Below the pieces are notes generated by a model. That model saw only the letters and a program-made list of their open reading frames with translations. It was not told where the DNA came from and made no database searches. From contig NIVC01000337.1 of the NCBI GenBank assembly GCA_002269645.1, positions 620,001 to 684,000 on the forward strand: a DNA stretch of 64,000 bases. The letters run 5' to 3'. Each line of letters starts with the position of its first letter. Position 1 is the stretch's first letter. Positions 13,749-32,363 of the stretch are shown here, in pieces. A program made the position numbers and the translations under genes. The stretch is from Macrostomum lignano. Lineage: Eukaryota.

Positions 13749-16031
13749 TTAAATTTTATTAGCAGGTGCGAAAGCGTGTGTCGCGCGCATCTTTCAGTCA
13801 CGCAGCAGCCTATGCAGTTCTACATTTGAAAGCAGCAGCTATTGGCGCCTGTCTCTCAGTTTTGCAGTCAATGAAAGCGACAAAATCGAAAACTCGAAAA
13901 AATCGTGACAATTTTTGGTCGGCGTTGTCAACTCTCGGCAACTTGCTGTGTATTTGGAAAATCCGATATGAAACGTACGAGCTAGGTGGGAGTCGGCAAT
14001 TACATAACTCTCACGAAGGCATTTTGTGTTTGCTAAACTTATACTGGCTGATTTTCAGAGAGGCTCTTTACCTAATATGGGACAGCTGGTTGGTAAATGC
14101 ACAGCAACCAGTTCAATGCAGATAGTAGAAAGCGACTCAAAGCATATGAGGGCAGAATGGCCAAACTGACAACCTGGAAGAAAATCAGTAGCCTGCTACT
14201 CGACTGCAAGCTTTGAATACTTTCCGGAGGCGCAGATCTCAAGTCTCCATTATTTTGCCGACCTTTGAGGCCATTTCTACTATTATTGCTCTCCAATTCC
14301 CCTCACTCTTGTCCCATACAGCTTTGCCCTTCCTTCACGCATTATCCCATCCTACGATGAAGAAATTCTTGGCTTCTGAGCAGCTGGAATGCATGAATTG
14401 TAGTAAGCTGAAGCGTTTTAAAGAATCAATTCTCAACCCCGGCATTCCAATTAATGATCTCTAGCAGAGCGACTATAAGTTCAGGGGAGTCTGGAGGGTA
14501 AGAACGTTCTTCATCTTCGCTTTGCCCTTCCTCTTTTCATGTACAAAGCTCTAACTGGCGGCCAGCTTGATTCCCCTCAACAGAATACTTTTTAGCAGCA
14601 GTTTCTCGTGTGCAGAGAAAAAGTTCAATCGATATCATCGGCCCGCGCCGCTCAAGCCGCGTCACTTAACAGCTTCGGTCAAATTCACAGTAGAAATGCG
14701 CTTGGAGTCTGCACATACATAATTGCAGCCGCCCCATCACCGGCATCTTTCTTACCATTTTTATTAATTAGACACTACTAGTAGACTGTAGTAGACACTA
14801 CTAGTACACTCCTTTAGTTGCAGTTCCCGCACACTATAAATTATTCGTACTTTTTCATACCACATATGCATACTTATAGCTATACATACGTATAGCTACA
14901 TATATAACACGTATATTCTGCTTATAAATGCATACATGTAGTTTCTGGGCAGACCAGTAAACTTATACGCGCATATATTTTCTATCATGTTTCTAAAATT
15001 CATTTACATGCGATTTACGATGTTTCATTTACGATTTTTTATGTTAAATTGGTCTGTCACTTGAAAAAACGTTTAAAATAATGACAAGACCAACAATTTA
15101 ACATGAAAAATCGATTAATGCGTCGTTTGAGCAGCATGAGGCACATAATAGTGTGATTAGAACTTTCTCTGACACTTTAAAGAGACCCAATCACTGTTTT
15201 AGTGTTGAAAATCGTAAAATTAGTGTATTTTTAGTGAATTTAGTGAAATTCACCGGTGAGAAAAAATCCATAGTGTATTTTTCCGGTGAAACCTGCATGC
15301 CTTTAAAACTATTTCTGAACGAAAAGCTTTATGAATATCGATAGAGCAATAAGAAAGGCACGATATATCAAAAGATGAACACTGGATCTGCCTCCTATCA
15401 AAAGCAATAACAAATATTTTTGTGAAACCTCCTATCTCTGTAGTGTATTTTTCTGGGAAAAGTTGCCTTAAAAACATTTACCATAGATTTCGAGTGTTGC
15501 GTCCTTCTACTTAAGTTGTCCTTGGCCCCAAAATGACCATTCAACCCTAAAAAATGACTCAAACTTTTATGCCAAATTACGAAATATTATTTAATAATCA
15601 TGATAAATATAATATCCAATGTCCGACAAACTATGGTACAAAAGGAAAATTTCACTCAACGATTTTTGACAACATGTACAATAGCAATGTAAAGCCAGGA
15701 TCTTTTTAAATTCATAGGATTTATTTCAAACAATCATTCAAATTTGAATAATCGAATCCGAATTTGGATCAAGGCCTATACGCTCAATATATTCCTGGTT
15801 GGCCAGCGTTACATTTAGCCTACCAAAATTTTCAAAATACGACAAACGCACTTGAACGCACGTGACTTTTGTACAAGTTTAAAATCTGAAAATGCATCTG
15901 CGCAAACTGCGCTAATGCGCGCGTTAATGATTGCAATCCAGTGAGGGGCGGCCAAGGTCCACAACATTAAATTGGCCTTCTTTAGTATATATATTTGAAC
16001 TATTTACTATTTAGATTTATCTATAAATAAA

Positions 16032-20340
<4,309 letters not shown>

Positions 20341-21387
20341 GGCTCTTTGCTATTGATATTGTTTTCAGCTTTGATAATTACTTGTGCTTTATAATACGGT
20401 GTGGTTATTCAGTTATTTTTCCCGGTTTTCAAAAACTAATTTGCGTGTAAATCTTATTATTTTGTTAACCCAAATGCGACCCAGCGTTGTTGTGTTGTAC
20501 AAAGCCGCAAATTAAATACACTGCTTTATAGAAACAGCGACTAGCGTTTCTGTATGCAGTCCCAAAATAGATTATACCTAAATCAATAACGTTTATAAAG
20601 AAAAGTAAGAAACTTATTTGGGTTCTCTGTTCATTTTAAAGGCTTTTATTCTTTTTTCATTTGTTTTATGAGCTGAGCTGGGTTTGGGTTGGGTTGCAAT
20701 TTTGGTTGAAACTTTGTTTTAACCAAACGTTCATTGGCCAGAAAATTAATGGGCTTACATGTGTAAAAAGAGTTATATCAAAAATTAACATAGCACAGGT
20801 TGTTCAGAAGTATATATATGTTCAAGTGCTTCTGAACTTAGTACTGTGGATGCTTTTACTCGCAGGTGCTTATGTCTTTTATACCACGGTTATGGGGTTT
20901 CAAACGAACCAAAATTTTCGCCAAACTCCATATGTGCACCCGTGTGTTTGCGTAAAATCAATGAGCACAGCACGACTGAAGTTACTTAATTTTTAGTATA
21001 ATGGATATACGGTATGGCAGGATGCTGGTTAATATATGTACATGATGAAGTAAGATTAAGTCGTCAGTAATTAATAGTAATTAATCTATTCTTTATTCTA
21101 ATCTAATAAATATCATTATTTACAAATTTAAATTTATTTGAAATGCATTACACGAGATTTAAGAGCGAAAATCGCATTTGACGCAACGCATGCATAATGG
21201 ATACTAAGTTTTGTTATTCTCAACGAATATCGATAAAATGCGTACGACTTTAACTTAGAACCTTGAAACTAATTTAATGTATTAGTAATTAGTCTATACA
21301 ATATTTTTGGAGTTTCTTAGTTGTATTTACTTACATAAGCTTAAACTGTCCAACCGTAGAAGTGATCCTTGCTCTCATTTTTAATCG

Positions 21388-24300
21388 ATGAAGGTTATTT
21401 ACTCCTTAACGTTTTTATGCTTTTCAAATTCAGTTATAGCATCATTTTTAATATTTCTCACTCTTGGGCAATTATACAGTTCACTCGACGATGAAGAAAT
21501 TTGTGACTCTATGTGGATAAGTTTCAATCTCACAGGTGACTATTTAAATACTTTAAATTTATTTTATGCACTAAAATTTGTTAAAAGTTCCATACTTTGG
21601 GTTTTTGTATGCTAAGAAAATTTATATTACATATAGGCCTGTCTGTGAATATCTTGAATTCAGAAGAGCTAAGTTGTATGAAAAAATGCACAATTTTTAA
21701 ATATATATATTACTTTATCTTTAGAATTTCAATAGCAGATACTTTATTGGTTTTATATTCATTTTTATAAGTAAAAATCTATGGACAAAGAGGGCTGAAT
21801 TCTCAACATTATTTTGAATGTAACATTCTCAACAGAAGATCTAATAAATTTTTAATAGAAGCATAATAACAAAAATATATATTTTTTTGTTTTAGTCAAT
21901 GTTGTCTTATATATATACCAGTAAAATGCACATACTTTGAAGTCTTATTGAAAAAACAATTGCCAGAGTTTCTATATTGAATTAATGTTAGAGAATTATT
22001 GCAACTTTAGAAATGAAAACCTTGCTAGTGATTGATTTCAATAAATACTCATTAGAAATAATAATTTGAATTTTAAAAGGAACTTTTGCCAGTTTATAAT
22101 ATGATAGTATTCTTAATTTAGTATCACTGCAATATTTTGTTTTACTACAGGATTCAAAGTGGCTCTTGACACCAAAGTTTATGGACAGCCATTGGTTGGT
22201 CTCGCAAATGCTGTCTGGCACCACTGGAATGACAAGCAGTCAGCCAAAGCTCTCGTGCTGTCTCTGCATGGCCCTACAGGCACTGGCAAGAACTATGTGG
22301 CCAGAATTCTGGCCAATCATCTGTACACAAGAGGCACCAAAAGCAACTTCTACCGACTATTTCATGCCGCTGTGCATTTCCCTCATAAAAGTCGGTTGGA
22401 AACATACATGGTTGGTTTTCTTAGCAAGCCTTTTGATTTTCTTCTAATCTGTCAGAATCTCTGCTGCACTCAGCATCGGCTTGGATTCTCAATTCAAACC
22501 ATTGCTCTCCAGGATTCTCAGTTGCTGGACCTCCCAAATCTTCAGTTGCCGGGCCACTGCCGACCTTTCAGATCCTCAATTGCTGGGATACCGACGCTCT
22601 CTCAGATCCTCAGTTGCTGGGTTGCAGACGCTCTCTGAGATCTTCAGTTGCTGGATTGCAGACGCTCTCTCAGATCTTCAGTTGCTGGGTTGCAGACGCT
22701 CTCTCAGATCCTATCAGTTGCTGGGTTGCAGACGCTCTCTGAGATCCTATCAGTTGCTGAGTTGCAGACGCTCTCTCAGATCCTATCAGTTGCTGGGTTG
22801 CAGACGCTCTCTGAGATCCTATCAGTTGCTGGGTTGCAGACGCTCTCTGAGATCCTATCAGTTGCTGGGTTGCAGACGCTCTCTGAGATCCACAGTTACT
22901 GGGTTGGCTACCGCCACCCTCCAAGATCTTCAGTTGCTGGGCCACTGCCGCCCTTCCAGATACTCAGTTTCTGAGCAACCATCGCCCTCCAGTTCTTCAG
23001 TTGCCGGGCCGCTGCCGACCTCCCAAATTTTCACTTGCTGAGCAACCATCGCCCTCCCAAATTCTCAGTTCCTGGGTTGCCGACGCTCTCCCAGATCCGT
23101 AAATCGCACCTAGAGTTTTACTTCTAGACCGACTTCCTGGTCTACTCGTAGTTTATAAGCTATTTTAAGTGGCTTCAATTGAGCAATCTGGCCAGACATC
23201 TCCCACTGCTGCGTATTTCCCAGAGCGAGCTCCAAGAGTGGGTGCGGGGCAACGTGTCCCGTTGTTTGAAGTCCATGTTTGTCTTTGACGAATTCGACAA
23301 GATTCCGCACGGCCTGGCGCTGCTCGACGCCCTCAAACCTTTCTTGGACCACAACGACCACATCGGCGGAGTCGACTATCGCCGGGCCATCTTCATCTTT
23401 CTTCGGTAAATTCGAGCAAAAATTTTTATAAGGCCGTCCTATAGATATGAAAACTTTCTAGAAAGTCCTAATTTGCAACAGAATCTGATGGTCGTGGCAG
23501 CTGCATTTGAAACAAATAAAATCCAGATCGATATTCTGAGTTTGTTATACTTTTTTGTATTTTTCAGAAACGACGGTAGCGACCTGATAATGAGCCACAT
23601 GGTCGAGCAGAAGCGACTGGGACGCAAACGCTACGATATATACACAGATTTTGACAACCTGCTATCCAAGCACCTTGAATCCGAGGCCAAACGTACGAAT
23701 TATTTTCTCCGCTTTGTTTCAAGTTAAACTTCTACAGAACCGAAAAATACCTCACGATTGAAGTATATCTATGAAAACTATCAAAATTTACAAATGGAGA
23801 ATCCCCATAGAAGTTCACAATGTAAAATTCCTGCATGAATCGAAAACAAAACCGTGGAAATTTCTTAGCAGAAAATAGAATAGATAACTGTAAAGCTATA
23901 AAGAGGATGTCAGCCTAAGCACCAGAATGGATTCTGAAGTAAAGCTGCAGACGAAACCTATCCTAGAGGGACCTGGACAAGATGTCTTGGCCCTTCTAGC
24001 CCGTACAATATTCTGGCATCCTCTCCACCTAATCGACGATGGATGTCGCTGTAAATTGGGTATGTTTGCAATCTACCGATGGATAACGACGTCATACGTC
24101 GGCTGAAACGTCGTTGAATTGTTAAAAGTACCACCCATTTGCCAGAGACATCCATTGACGCTGACGTCGGATTGTTGCACGGGTTTAAGGTAACGTCCCT
24201 TTGAGGGCAAAATAAACAAGAAAACTCAGTAATTCGAGTCCGCTCTGGGAACCGCAGGCAGCCAGCAACCGGGCGCTTTACTCTACCACAGCCTGGTGTC

Positions 24301-24571
24301 GCAATTCATTCCGCTCCTGCCTCTCGAGAAAGATCACGTGGCCGGCTGTATAGATGACTACCTGCTGGATAATCAGCCAGACTATCTGATCCCGACCTGC
24401 TTCATCGACCGCGTGCTGGCCGACATTGATTTTCAGCCCAAAGTCGAGCGCTACTTCGCCTCCTCCGGCTGCAAGCGGGTCATCGAAAAGACGCAGTTCA
24501 TTCTGGAGCGGGAGCGAATCGACCTCAAGCGAAAGCGAGAGGCGCGAAAGAAAGAGAAATTATATCTGTGA
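21388..24571 (+). CDS. TOR1A-like: Torsin-family AAA+ ATPase, copy 2 (exons 21388-21535, 22151-22410, 23224-23405, 23568-23692, 24258-24571)
   Basis: GPTGTGKN, FDEFDK, IFLRN, FIPLLPLE and SGCK. Same intron positions and phases as copy 1. Basic C-terminal extension. Confidence 0.92.
22510..23095. repeat. Degenerate 36-bp minisatellite (GAGATCCTATCAGTTGCTGGGTTGCAGACGCTCTCT) in torsin-2 intron 2
   Basis: Clean core copies at 22610-22890 with degenerate flanks. Confidence 0.88.
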
Positions 24572-25348
24572 TCGTTTAATCAGTAGCTTTGAAGTGTATT
24601 GTGACTTAATTAACACTACGATTGTAAATTGAGAAATTATTGTCGATTCTAGCTGGCTAATGCTTGTTTAGCTTTTGATTATTCTTTAGATTATCTCCAA
24701 AAGTAAGCAGACAATTGATGTGTACAATTAAGTCATAGGACGCTGAAATGCTTCAAGATAATGCAATTTTTCGTGATAAATTAAATGTGATCAGTGTATC
24801 GCCTGAAGATGTCCAGTTGTGTGGCAATACGTATCAAGTCAATTCAATAAAAATATTCGAGTCGAACAAAGAGGTTTTTATCTTGTTTTTTGCATTCTAC
24901 TTTTTATTATTACTGTTAATCACTCACGGTGAGGGTGCTGACTTTTCTTTTAATAATATTCGGAGCAAACTAATCTATCTATCCAAAAAAATACAAATGC
25001 TAGTGAATCAATAATTTTTGTCATTTTTTTCATGAGTTGAAATTTCGTGTGCAAACAGAGTTACTGGAATTTAGCTCGTTCCTATGACTTAAACGTATTT
25101 TTAATACGAGCGTTCGTTTGGTTAATATCTACAAGTGGTTCTAAAAAAGGTTCTGAATAAATAATGCTTCTATTATAATTCACTATTTATTCATCATTTT
25201 TGTAGAGCCACTTGAAAGATCATAAATGAATTCGACACGCCTCAGGGACGTTCATACAACCTAAAGGGATCCGTATTGGATACCTAACTTTCCATTGCAG
25301 GGATATACTTTCATGTAATTGGATATACAATTTTGTTATACGGGAATT

Positions 25349-25426
25349 CACCCCAGTGCGCCAATCAGCACTGCGCCTCAGTGCGACCTTGCCAAAGCCT
25401 CCAATTTTCATCAGCACGTCGACCAC
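25349..25426 (+). promoter_or_regulatory. Conserved non-coding element with CCAAT box, copy A (about 1.4 kb upstream of torsin-3)
   Basis: Near-identical to 32289-32363. Both copies contain GCGCCAATCAGCACTGCGCCTCAGTGC. Confidence 0.45.
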
Positions 25427-26753
25427 ATATGTGTCTGCATGATCAGAGCTCTGACTTCGGCGACCACCTGCTGCCTTCCCCCCCCCCCCCCCAGACGGCC
25501 AGTTTCTGGTGGACCTTCAACAGGTGGCACCAGGTTAGTACTGTAAAATTATATAGGCACCTGCGAATCGCGAATTTCTCTAGTTACGCTGATCAAGCCT
25601 ATAGTATTATTAATGAGTATTTTTCAGCTGCTGAACATCCTCAACCTATACATGTACGTACATATGTCTCGTAGTTTCAAGCATTCCATCATGATCACCA
25701 GCCGACGCCTTCGGTACCTTCAATAAATGGCATCAGGGTGACGACGACCATATGACATGAACATCGACCTGTTGTGCATTCTCTAGCCACTTTCGATCCT
25801 GATCTGTTTTATTTGTGTCAGATCAGCATCCTGCACGACCATTTCTATCATGTACGCATGTTCTCAATTAATTCATATAATATTAAATGTATCACTTTGC
25901 AAAACGTTTTCGATTCCGCATGGGTGTGCACAATTATTATTGTTCCTCTCCTAATTTTGGAAAAAATTTTCTACAAACATTTGCTCGAGGAGTATAGTGT
26001 ACGTTTTATACATTCTGAATTTTTAAACCGGCCACTATAGTCAATCAATAAGCAAACGCGTAATTGATATGTGACATCGAGTTAGAGTGCTGGAACGGAA
26101 ATAATCAGAAGCAAGCATTATTGACTTATTGAAAATGCATGTTTTATATTTATGTGCATACCTGATAAACATGCATACACATGTCACACGCAGTACTCAG
26201 TTTATCGGGGTAGTATAGTACATCATGCAACGTAAAAAGTGAATTTTTTATTTTGACATAGAATCTTGACAAATAGAGAGTTTTTTTTTCATTATTTTAA
26301 TTTTTTTAATTTTCCCGAGCCCGAGTTAATTTCATCCCATTCCGAACGGCCCTTTTGAAGGCGCTTTGCACCCATTATTCCGTCCTAAATTTTTCAGGTC
26401 CACATAATAATTGTTCATAAAAAACTTAAAAAGTTTTTGAAAGTTCTTAAATTTGATTGTATTAACGTTATGAAATCTTTTAATTTATCTTTGTTACATT
26501 TTCTGTTTTGTTAGTAATCACCGCGGCGTCAAATTTTAACTTGGTACCTCGTTTTCATTTTCTCTAAATTAAAAAAATAATTAAATTTGGTGTAATTAGG
26601 TTAGGTTTAATTTTTGTAACTCTGTTTTGGTAGTTTCTCAAGCAAAGGTTAAAGCTTTTGTGAATAGCAGACAATATGATCATATCAAATTAAGAGATTT
26701 CTTTCTCGTTCGAACTCAAAGTCGTTTTCAAATAAATAGCATCAGGCAACGAA

Positions 26754-29277
26754 ATGCAAACTTCGTTCACGAGTTTCATTAGTTTTAGTATATTTAATGC
26801 AGTTCTTAATTTCGGAAAATCGAGAAAAATTTCTTGCAAAAGCACCCAATATTCTACTATTGTTAAGACCTCATTGTTTTTGTCTATTTGTTTTGCTTTT
26901 GGAAGTGCTCAATTTTCTTACAGTTCAAGTGAGGATTATGAAACCTGCACAAGTCCATGGGTTGATTTTAATTTCACAGGTAGGCCTAATATTTACTTTG
27001 TAGTTATTTTTTGTTAATTTATCAAATATATAATACAAAATATTCCTAAATATAATATAGCTTTAAAAACTGCAGGAGGTATGGCTAATTAAGATAGCTA
27101 AAAATCAATACATTAATTTCTATTATTTGTTCATTTGCTGATAAAGTGTTAAACACAACTTTTAGTTTTGTTCGATTAAAATAAAAAAGAATTAAACATG
27201 CATAACAAAAATTGTTTATAATTAGTATGAATTTTTTTATTTAAAGGAGTTTTTTTTCTTTCCTAGGTTTTAAAGAAGCCTTGGTCAACAGAGTGTATGG
27301 ACAACCATTAACTGGGCTAGCAGAGGCCATCCAGCAACATTGGAATGATAGTCAGGCAGCCAAAGCTCTTGTGATATCAATGCATGGCCCCACAGGCACT
27401 GGCAAAAACTATGTATGCCAGATCATGGCAAATCATTTATACAAAGAAGGAACAAGAAGCCAGTTCTACCACTTGTACCCAGCAACTTTGCACTTCCACC
27501 AGAGCAGTCAGCTGCTCAATTATATGGTTGGTAAACTTATTTTTTTATGAAAAAATCAACTAGAGTGATAGGCTAACATGATGCAGATAGCAGCTAGCAC
27601 AAGTTATTTTTCAATTTCTTAGAACTTGTTGTATTGTATCTAGAATATTTACTTGTTTAGTGGCCTATGAGGCAAATGTGGGGCTACAGCAGACCAGACA
27701 TTATCCAGAAACAATTTTCAGAATAAATATAACCTATGAGGATATCTTATATTTTTAGATGCAGGGAGCATGTGGGCAGGTTTAAGCGACATTGTCACAC
27801 AACCGGCGATAGGCATTAGTGCCCCTGAGCAGGCTCCACTGACTCCCCTGAGCAATCACACAAGCACGTAGATACTTATGCATTCAGGCACAGGCCCTGA
27901 CTTTCTAATCATCAGGCATGTACACCCTGTACCTTGGAGGTGGGTGCCCTTAAGGGCGTTAATTGCATAAGCAGACCCAAGCCGAGATTCCAATTTAGCC
28001 CCAAATTAATGTTGACTAAGAAAGTGACCAATAAGAGCTGGACCAATAAGAGCTTGACCAATAAGAGCTGGACCAATAAGAGCTGGACCAAAAAGAGCTG
28101 GACCAAAAAGAGCTGGACCAATAAGAGCTGGACCAATAAGAGCTGGACCAATAAGAGCTGGACCAATAAGAGCTGGACCACTGGGCTACGCTCCCCTAAG
28201 ACATCCGCTTTACGTGACGTGACTTATTTAAAGTATCAACTACGTAAGCCTAATAATCATAGTAATTATAAAGTACTCTATTACACATATTAAAGCTTGT
28301 ATACAAGTATATATGCAAACTTATAAACAATCTCACACCCTATGGAACTTGTCAGAACCGACTTCATTCCTGGATCCGGGGCAATGTGACCCGCTGCCCC
28401 AGGTCGGTGTTCGTGTTCGACGAGGTTGACAAAATGCCCTTCAGGCTTCTTGACTCGCTGCAACCGCTACTCGACTACCACGAGACCGACCAGGTGTTCC
28501 ACGCATTGGATTTTCGCAGCGCAATTTTCATATTTCTTTTGTGAGACTCACTGACACTACGTGTGACTCTGCTGTTAACTACTTTTAGTAGTAGGCTGAG
28601 AATCAACTTTGACCCAGATTTTATACCCCGAATTGCAGCAACGAAGGCAGCAGCGCCATCGAGAAACACATGCTGGAGCAGAAGAGGCTGAATCGAAACC
28701 GAAGCGATGCTTACAGCAGCTTCAGTTTGAAAAATCAGCTGATCAAGTACCTGCATACACAGAGTGAGCTCAGCTCTGCTTGTTATTGGTAGATTGATAG
28801 ACAGACAGACAGACAGACACTATGACAGACAGACACTAAGACAGACAGACACTAAGACACATAGACAGACAGACACTAAGACACATAGACAGACAGACAG
28901 ACACACACACACACACACATCACTATACCACCACAGGCTCCGCGCGTGACAGCGCCGTCTTCCAGCAGAACCTGGTGTCGCACTATGTCCCGTTCCTGCC
29001 GCTGGAGCGGGAGCACGTGACCGGCTGCATAGAGGACTACATGCGAGCCAGCCAGCCCAAGTACCTGGCCGCGCAGCGTCGGCAGCTGTTTATCGATCGG
29101 GTGTTGAAGCAGCTTCGATTCAAGCCGGAGAATGAGCGATTCTTCTCCGAGTCAGGCTGCAAGATGGTCATCAGCAAGGCACAGTTCGTGCAGAGCATGT
29201 TGGAGGATGAAGCAGACAGAGAGAAGAGAGGAGATGTGGACATGTCGAGAACAAAATCAAAGAGGAAAACTATTTAG
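26754..29277 (+). CDS. TOR1A-like: Torsin-family AAA+ ATPase, copy 3 (exons 26754-26979, 27267-27526, 28356-28540, 28639-28763, 28937-29277)
   Basis: GPTGTGKN, WIRGNVTRC, FDEVDK, IFLFN, YVPFLPLE and SGCK. Exons 3 and 4 were translated manually and splice in frame. Confidence 0.92.
28025..28182. repeat. 15-bp minisatellite (GACCAATAAGAGCTG) in torsin-3 intron 2
   Basis: About 10 copies. Confidence 0.9.
28797..28920. repeat. (GACA)n/(CA)n-derived repeat in torsin-3 intron 4
   Basis: Direct inspection. Confidence 0.85.
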
Positions 29278-29354
29278 CTACGCAGTATTTTTATTGAGTT
29301 AAAAACTTTTAGCGCTAAACTTGGAACTATCAATATAAGGTGGAAACTCAAGTT

Positions 29355-30205
29355 TATCTTAAGCATGGGATACCCCTATCTAAAGCATGGGATTCCCCTA
29401 TTTCAAGCATGGGATTCCCCTATCTGAAGCATGGGATTCCCCTATATTAAGCATAGGATTCCCCTATCTTAAGCATGGGATTCCCCTATCTTAAGCATGG
29501 TATTCCCCTATCTCAAGCATGGGATTCCCTATCTTAAGCATGGGATTCCCTTATCTCAACCATGGGATTACCCTATCTTAAGCATGGTATTCCCCTATCT
29601 TAAGCATGAGATACCCCTATCTAAAGCAAGGGATTCCCCTATCTCAAGCATGGTATTCCCCTATCTCAAGCATGGGATTCACCTATCTGAAACATGGGAT
29701 TACCCTATCTTAAGCATGGTATTCCCCTATCTTAAGCATGAGATACCCCTATCTAAAGCAAGGGATTCCCCTATCTCAAGCATGGTATTCCCCTATCTTA
29801 AGCATGGGATACCCCTATCTAAAGCATGGGATTCCCCTATTTCAAGCATGGGATTCCCCTATCTGAAGCATGGGATTCCCCTATATTAAGCATAGGATTC
29901 CCCTATCTTAAGCATGGGATTCCCCTATCTTAAGCATGGTATTCCCCTATCTCAAGCATGGGATTCCCTATCTTAAGCATGGGATTCCCTTATCTCAACC
30001 ATGGGATTACCCTATCTTAAGCATGGTATTCCCCTATCTTAAGCATGAGATACCCCTATCTAAAGCAAGGGATTCCCCTATCTCAAGCATGGTATTCCCC
30101 TATCTCAAGCATGGGATTCACCTATCTGAAACATGGGATTCCCCTATCTGAAACATTGGATTCCCCTATCTGAAACATGGGATTCCCCAATCTGAAGCAT
30201 GGGAT
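29355..30205. repeat. 22-bp minisatellite (AAGCATGGGATTCCCCTATCTT) with a 439-bp higher-order duplication
   Basis: The series of variants starting at 29361 repeats from 29800. Confidence 0.93.
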
Positions 30206-30734
30206 AATAATAAAAATATTCATAAAACCAATGATCCGAGCCGTGCCATTTTGATGGTTTTTAGGCACAGGACATGTACATCTAAGGATCAACACTGCCT
30301 CCTATCGAAAGCAATAACAATTTTTGTGCTGAAAACTTCCTATTTCTGTGGTGTATTTTTTTCGGAAAAATCTGCCTCCTAAAATTTTCCGAGAAACAAG
30401 GTTTCCCATTCTTCAACATGAGTAGTCGTTGGTTTCTACCTGCACAATTATTGGTTACATATACCTTTAACTTACCGACTTCATTAAGTTCTCATCTTGT
30501 TAGTCGGTTGTCAATGTTGCCAATGGTCGATAATTGAAAAATACATGGTGGTACGAGCTCGAATCATGGATTTCCTCTTGAATAAGTGCAATCAATTTTA
30601 ACAAACAACAGATTCTGGCTGAAAATATAATATTTCTTACAAATGGCAGCGTGAGATCAAAGTACGACGTTCTTGCAGGGCAGTAATCAATCTATTCATT
30701 AGTGAAAATGAGCAAAGGGAGCGCAACCTAAGTT

Positions 30735-31310
30735 GAGCTGTGTGGACCCTGGAGTTATAGGACAGGACCACCAACGACAGCTGCTCCTTCAAGCTGGACT
30801 CAGTCTCGGTGAACAGCCTCAGCAGCTGCAGCAGCGACTTGTTGCCGCACTATCCCAGGCCGTTTTCTTGGGGATGGTAGGGCGTGATGCGGGTCTTCCT
30901 GGTGCCCCTGCGCTCGCGGCGTCTCTTGGAAGAGCCCTGATCCAAGTGGATGACCAACGGAACTCCTAACAGGGAGAATGCCTTCAAGGCCGCTACTGCA
31001 GCTGTCTTAGCGGTCTGGTCTGGGATTGAACAGCTGTCAGGAACTTGGAGAACTGGTTCTGCACCGCCAGCAAGCAGCTGTTTCCTCGGTCTGATGGCGG
31101 TACCTTCTGCACGTCAATCAATATACCGTCTCTTCGAGCTGAATCTGAATCTTCTGAATGCTAAATTTTCTTCGGTTGGAAGGTTTGGTAGTCCCGGCCA
31201 GTACGCGGTCTGCTTCAGCGTGTCAGCCATCTCGATTTAAAGTGTCTCGATAATTCTCTGGTTTAAAGTGTCCGCCAATGAATGAATCGGAGGGGTGCTG
31301 CATCCCGAAT
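30735..31310 (-). mobile_element. Degraded Ty3/Gypsy integrase fragment
   Basis: Minus strand, across frameshifts: H-x-S..GGHF and TLKQTAYWPGL (Zn-binding region), IDVQKVPPSDRGNSCLL, QNQFSKFLTAV, GVPLVIHLDQG, KTRITPYHPQENG and LSLVVLSYNSRVH (rve core). Contains stops and frameshifts. Confidence 0.8.
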
Positions 31311-31429
31311 ATAAAAGCATATTCACTGGTTGCGGGCTCTTGTGAGGGCCGTACTATTTTTCCACCTCGCGCTAACCGTCTGAGTTTACTTACTACAGGC
31401 ACCAATATACATGCATAGCGCCTGCGGTG

Positions 31430-31938
31430 CCAAAATGAGTGCCTGGATGTGGTCACAAAATGAGTGCCTGGATGGCCACAAATGAGTGCCTGGATGGCCA
31501 CAAAATAAGTGCCTGGATGTGGCCACAAAATGAGTGCCTGGGTGTGGCCACAAAATGAGTGCCTGGGTGTGGCCACAAAATGAGTGCCTGGGTGTGGCCA
31601 CAAAATGAGTGCCTGGGTGTGGCCACAAAATGAGTGCCTGGGTGTGGCCACAAAATGAGTGCCTGGGTGTGGCCACAAAATGAGTGCCTGGGTGTGGCCA
31701 CAAAATGAGTGCCTGGGTGTGGCCACAAATGAGTGCCTGGGTGTGGCCACAAAATGAGTGCCTGGGTGTGGCCACAAATGAGTGCCTGGGTGTGGCCACA
31801 AAATGAGTGCCTGGGTGTGGCCACAAAATGAGTGCCTGGGTGTGGCCACAAAATGAGTGCCTGGGTGTGGCCACAAAATGAGTGCCTGGGTGTGGTCACA
31901 AAATGAGTGCCTGGGTGTGGCCACAAAATGAGTGCCTG
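31430..31938. repeat. 25-bp minisatellite (GTGGCCACAAAATGAGTGCCTGGGT)
   Basis: About 20 copies. Confidence 0.95.
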
Positions 31939-32288
31939 CTGGCGCTAATTTGAGGTAAGCACTAGAGCAACATTAGAAAAGGTTTCATGCAGTTTTTTCG
32001 CTCTGAAATGACAGTTCTCGATCACTTTTCGGACAATTGTAAATTGCAAAACGGAGCACGAGACAATCGTCTCAGTCTGTCATTGCCCGGACAGTCAGTT
32101 TGTTTTTCGCTCTACACATTTATACAGTATTGCAGGCGCAGGCACACGAAATTCAAGAACACGAGTTAACTTTTTGTTGCGCACCTTCTCAAACAAGAAT
32201 CAAGTCGCCAGCCCTCCGGACCATCGAGATATTCAAAGATTCTGCCAGAAGGTCGGATTTTTCCCATAAGCGCCAGTGTATTCAATGC

Positions 32289-32363
32289 ACCCCTGTGCGC
32301 CAATCAGCACTGCGCCTCAGTGCAGCCTTGCCAAACCTTCAAATTTCATCAGCACGTCGACCA
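32289..32363 (+). promoter_or_regulatory. Conserved non-coding element with CCAAT box, copy B (about 1.37 kb upstream of torsin-4)
   Basis: Paralogous to 25349-25426. Confidence 0.45.

Noticed and set aside
24020-24190. GACGTC-rich segment resembling 61945-62040 (possible MITE family)
   Set aside because: Only short motif matches, with no convincing TIR pair or target duplication.
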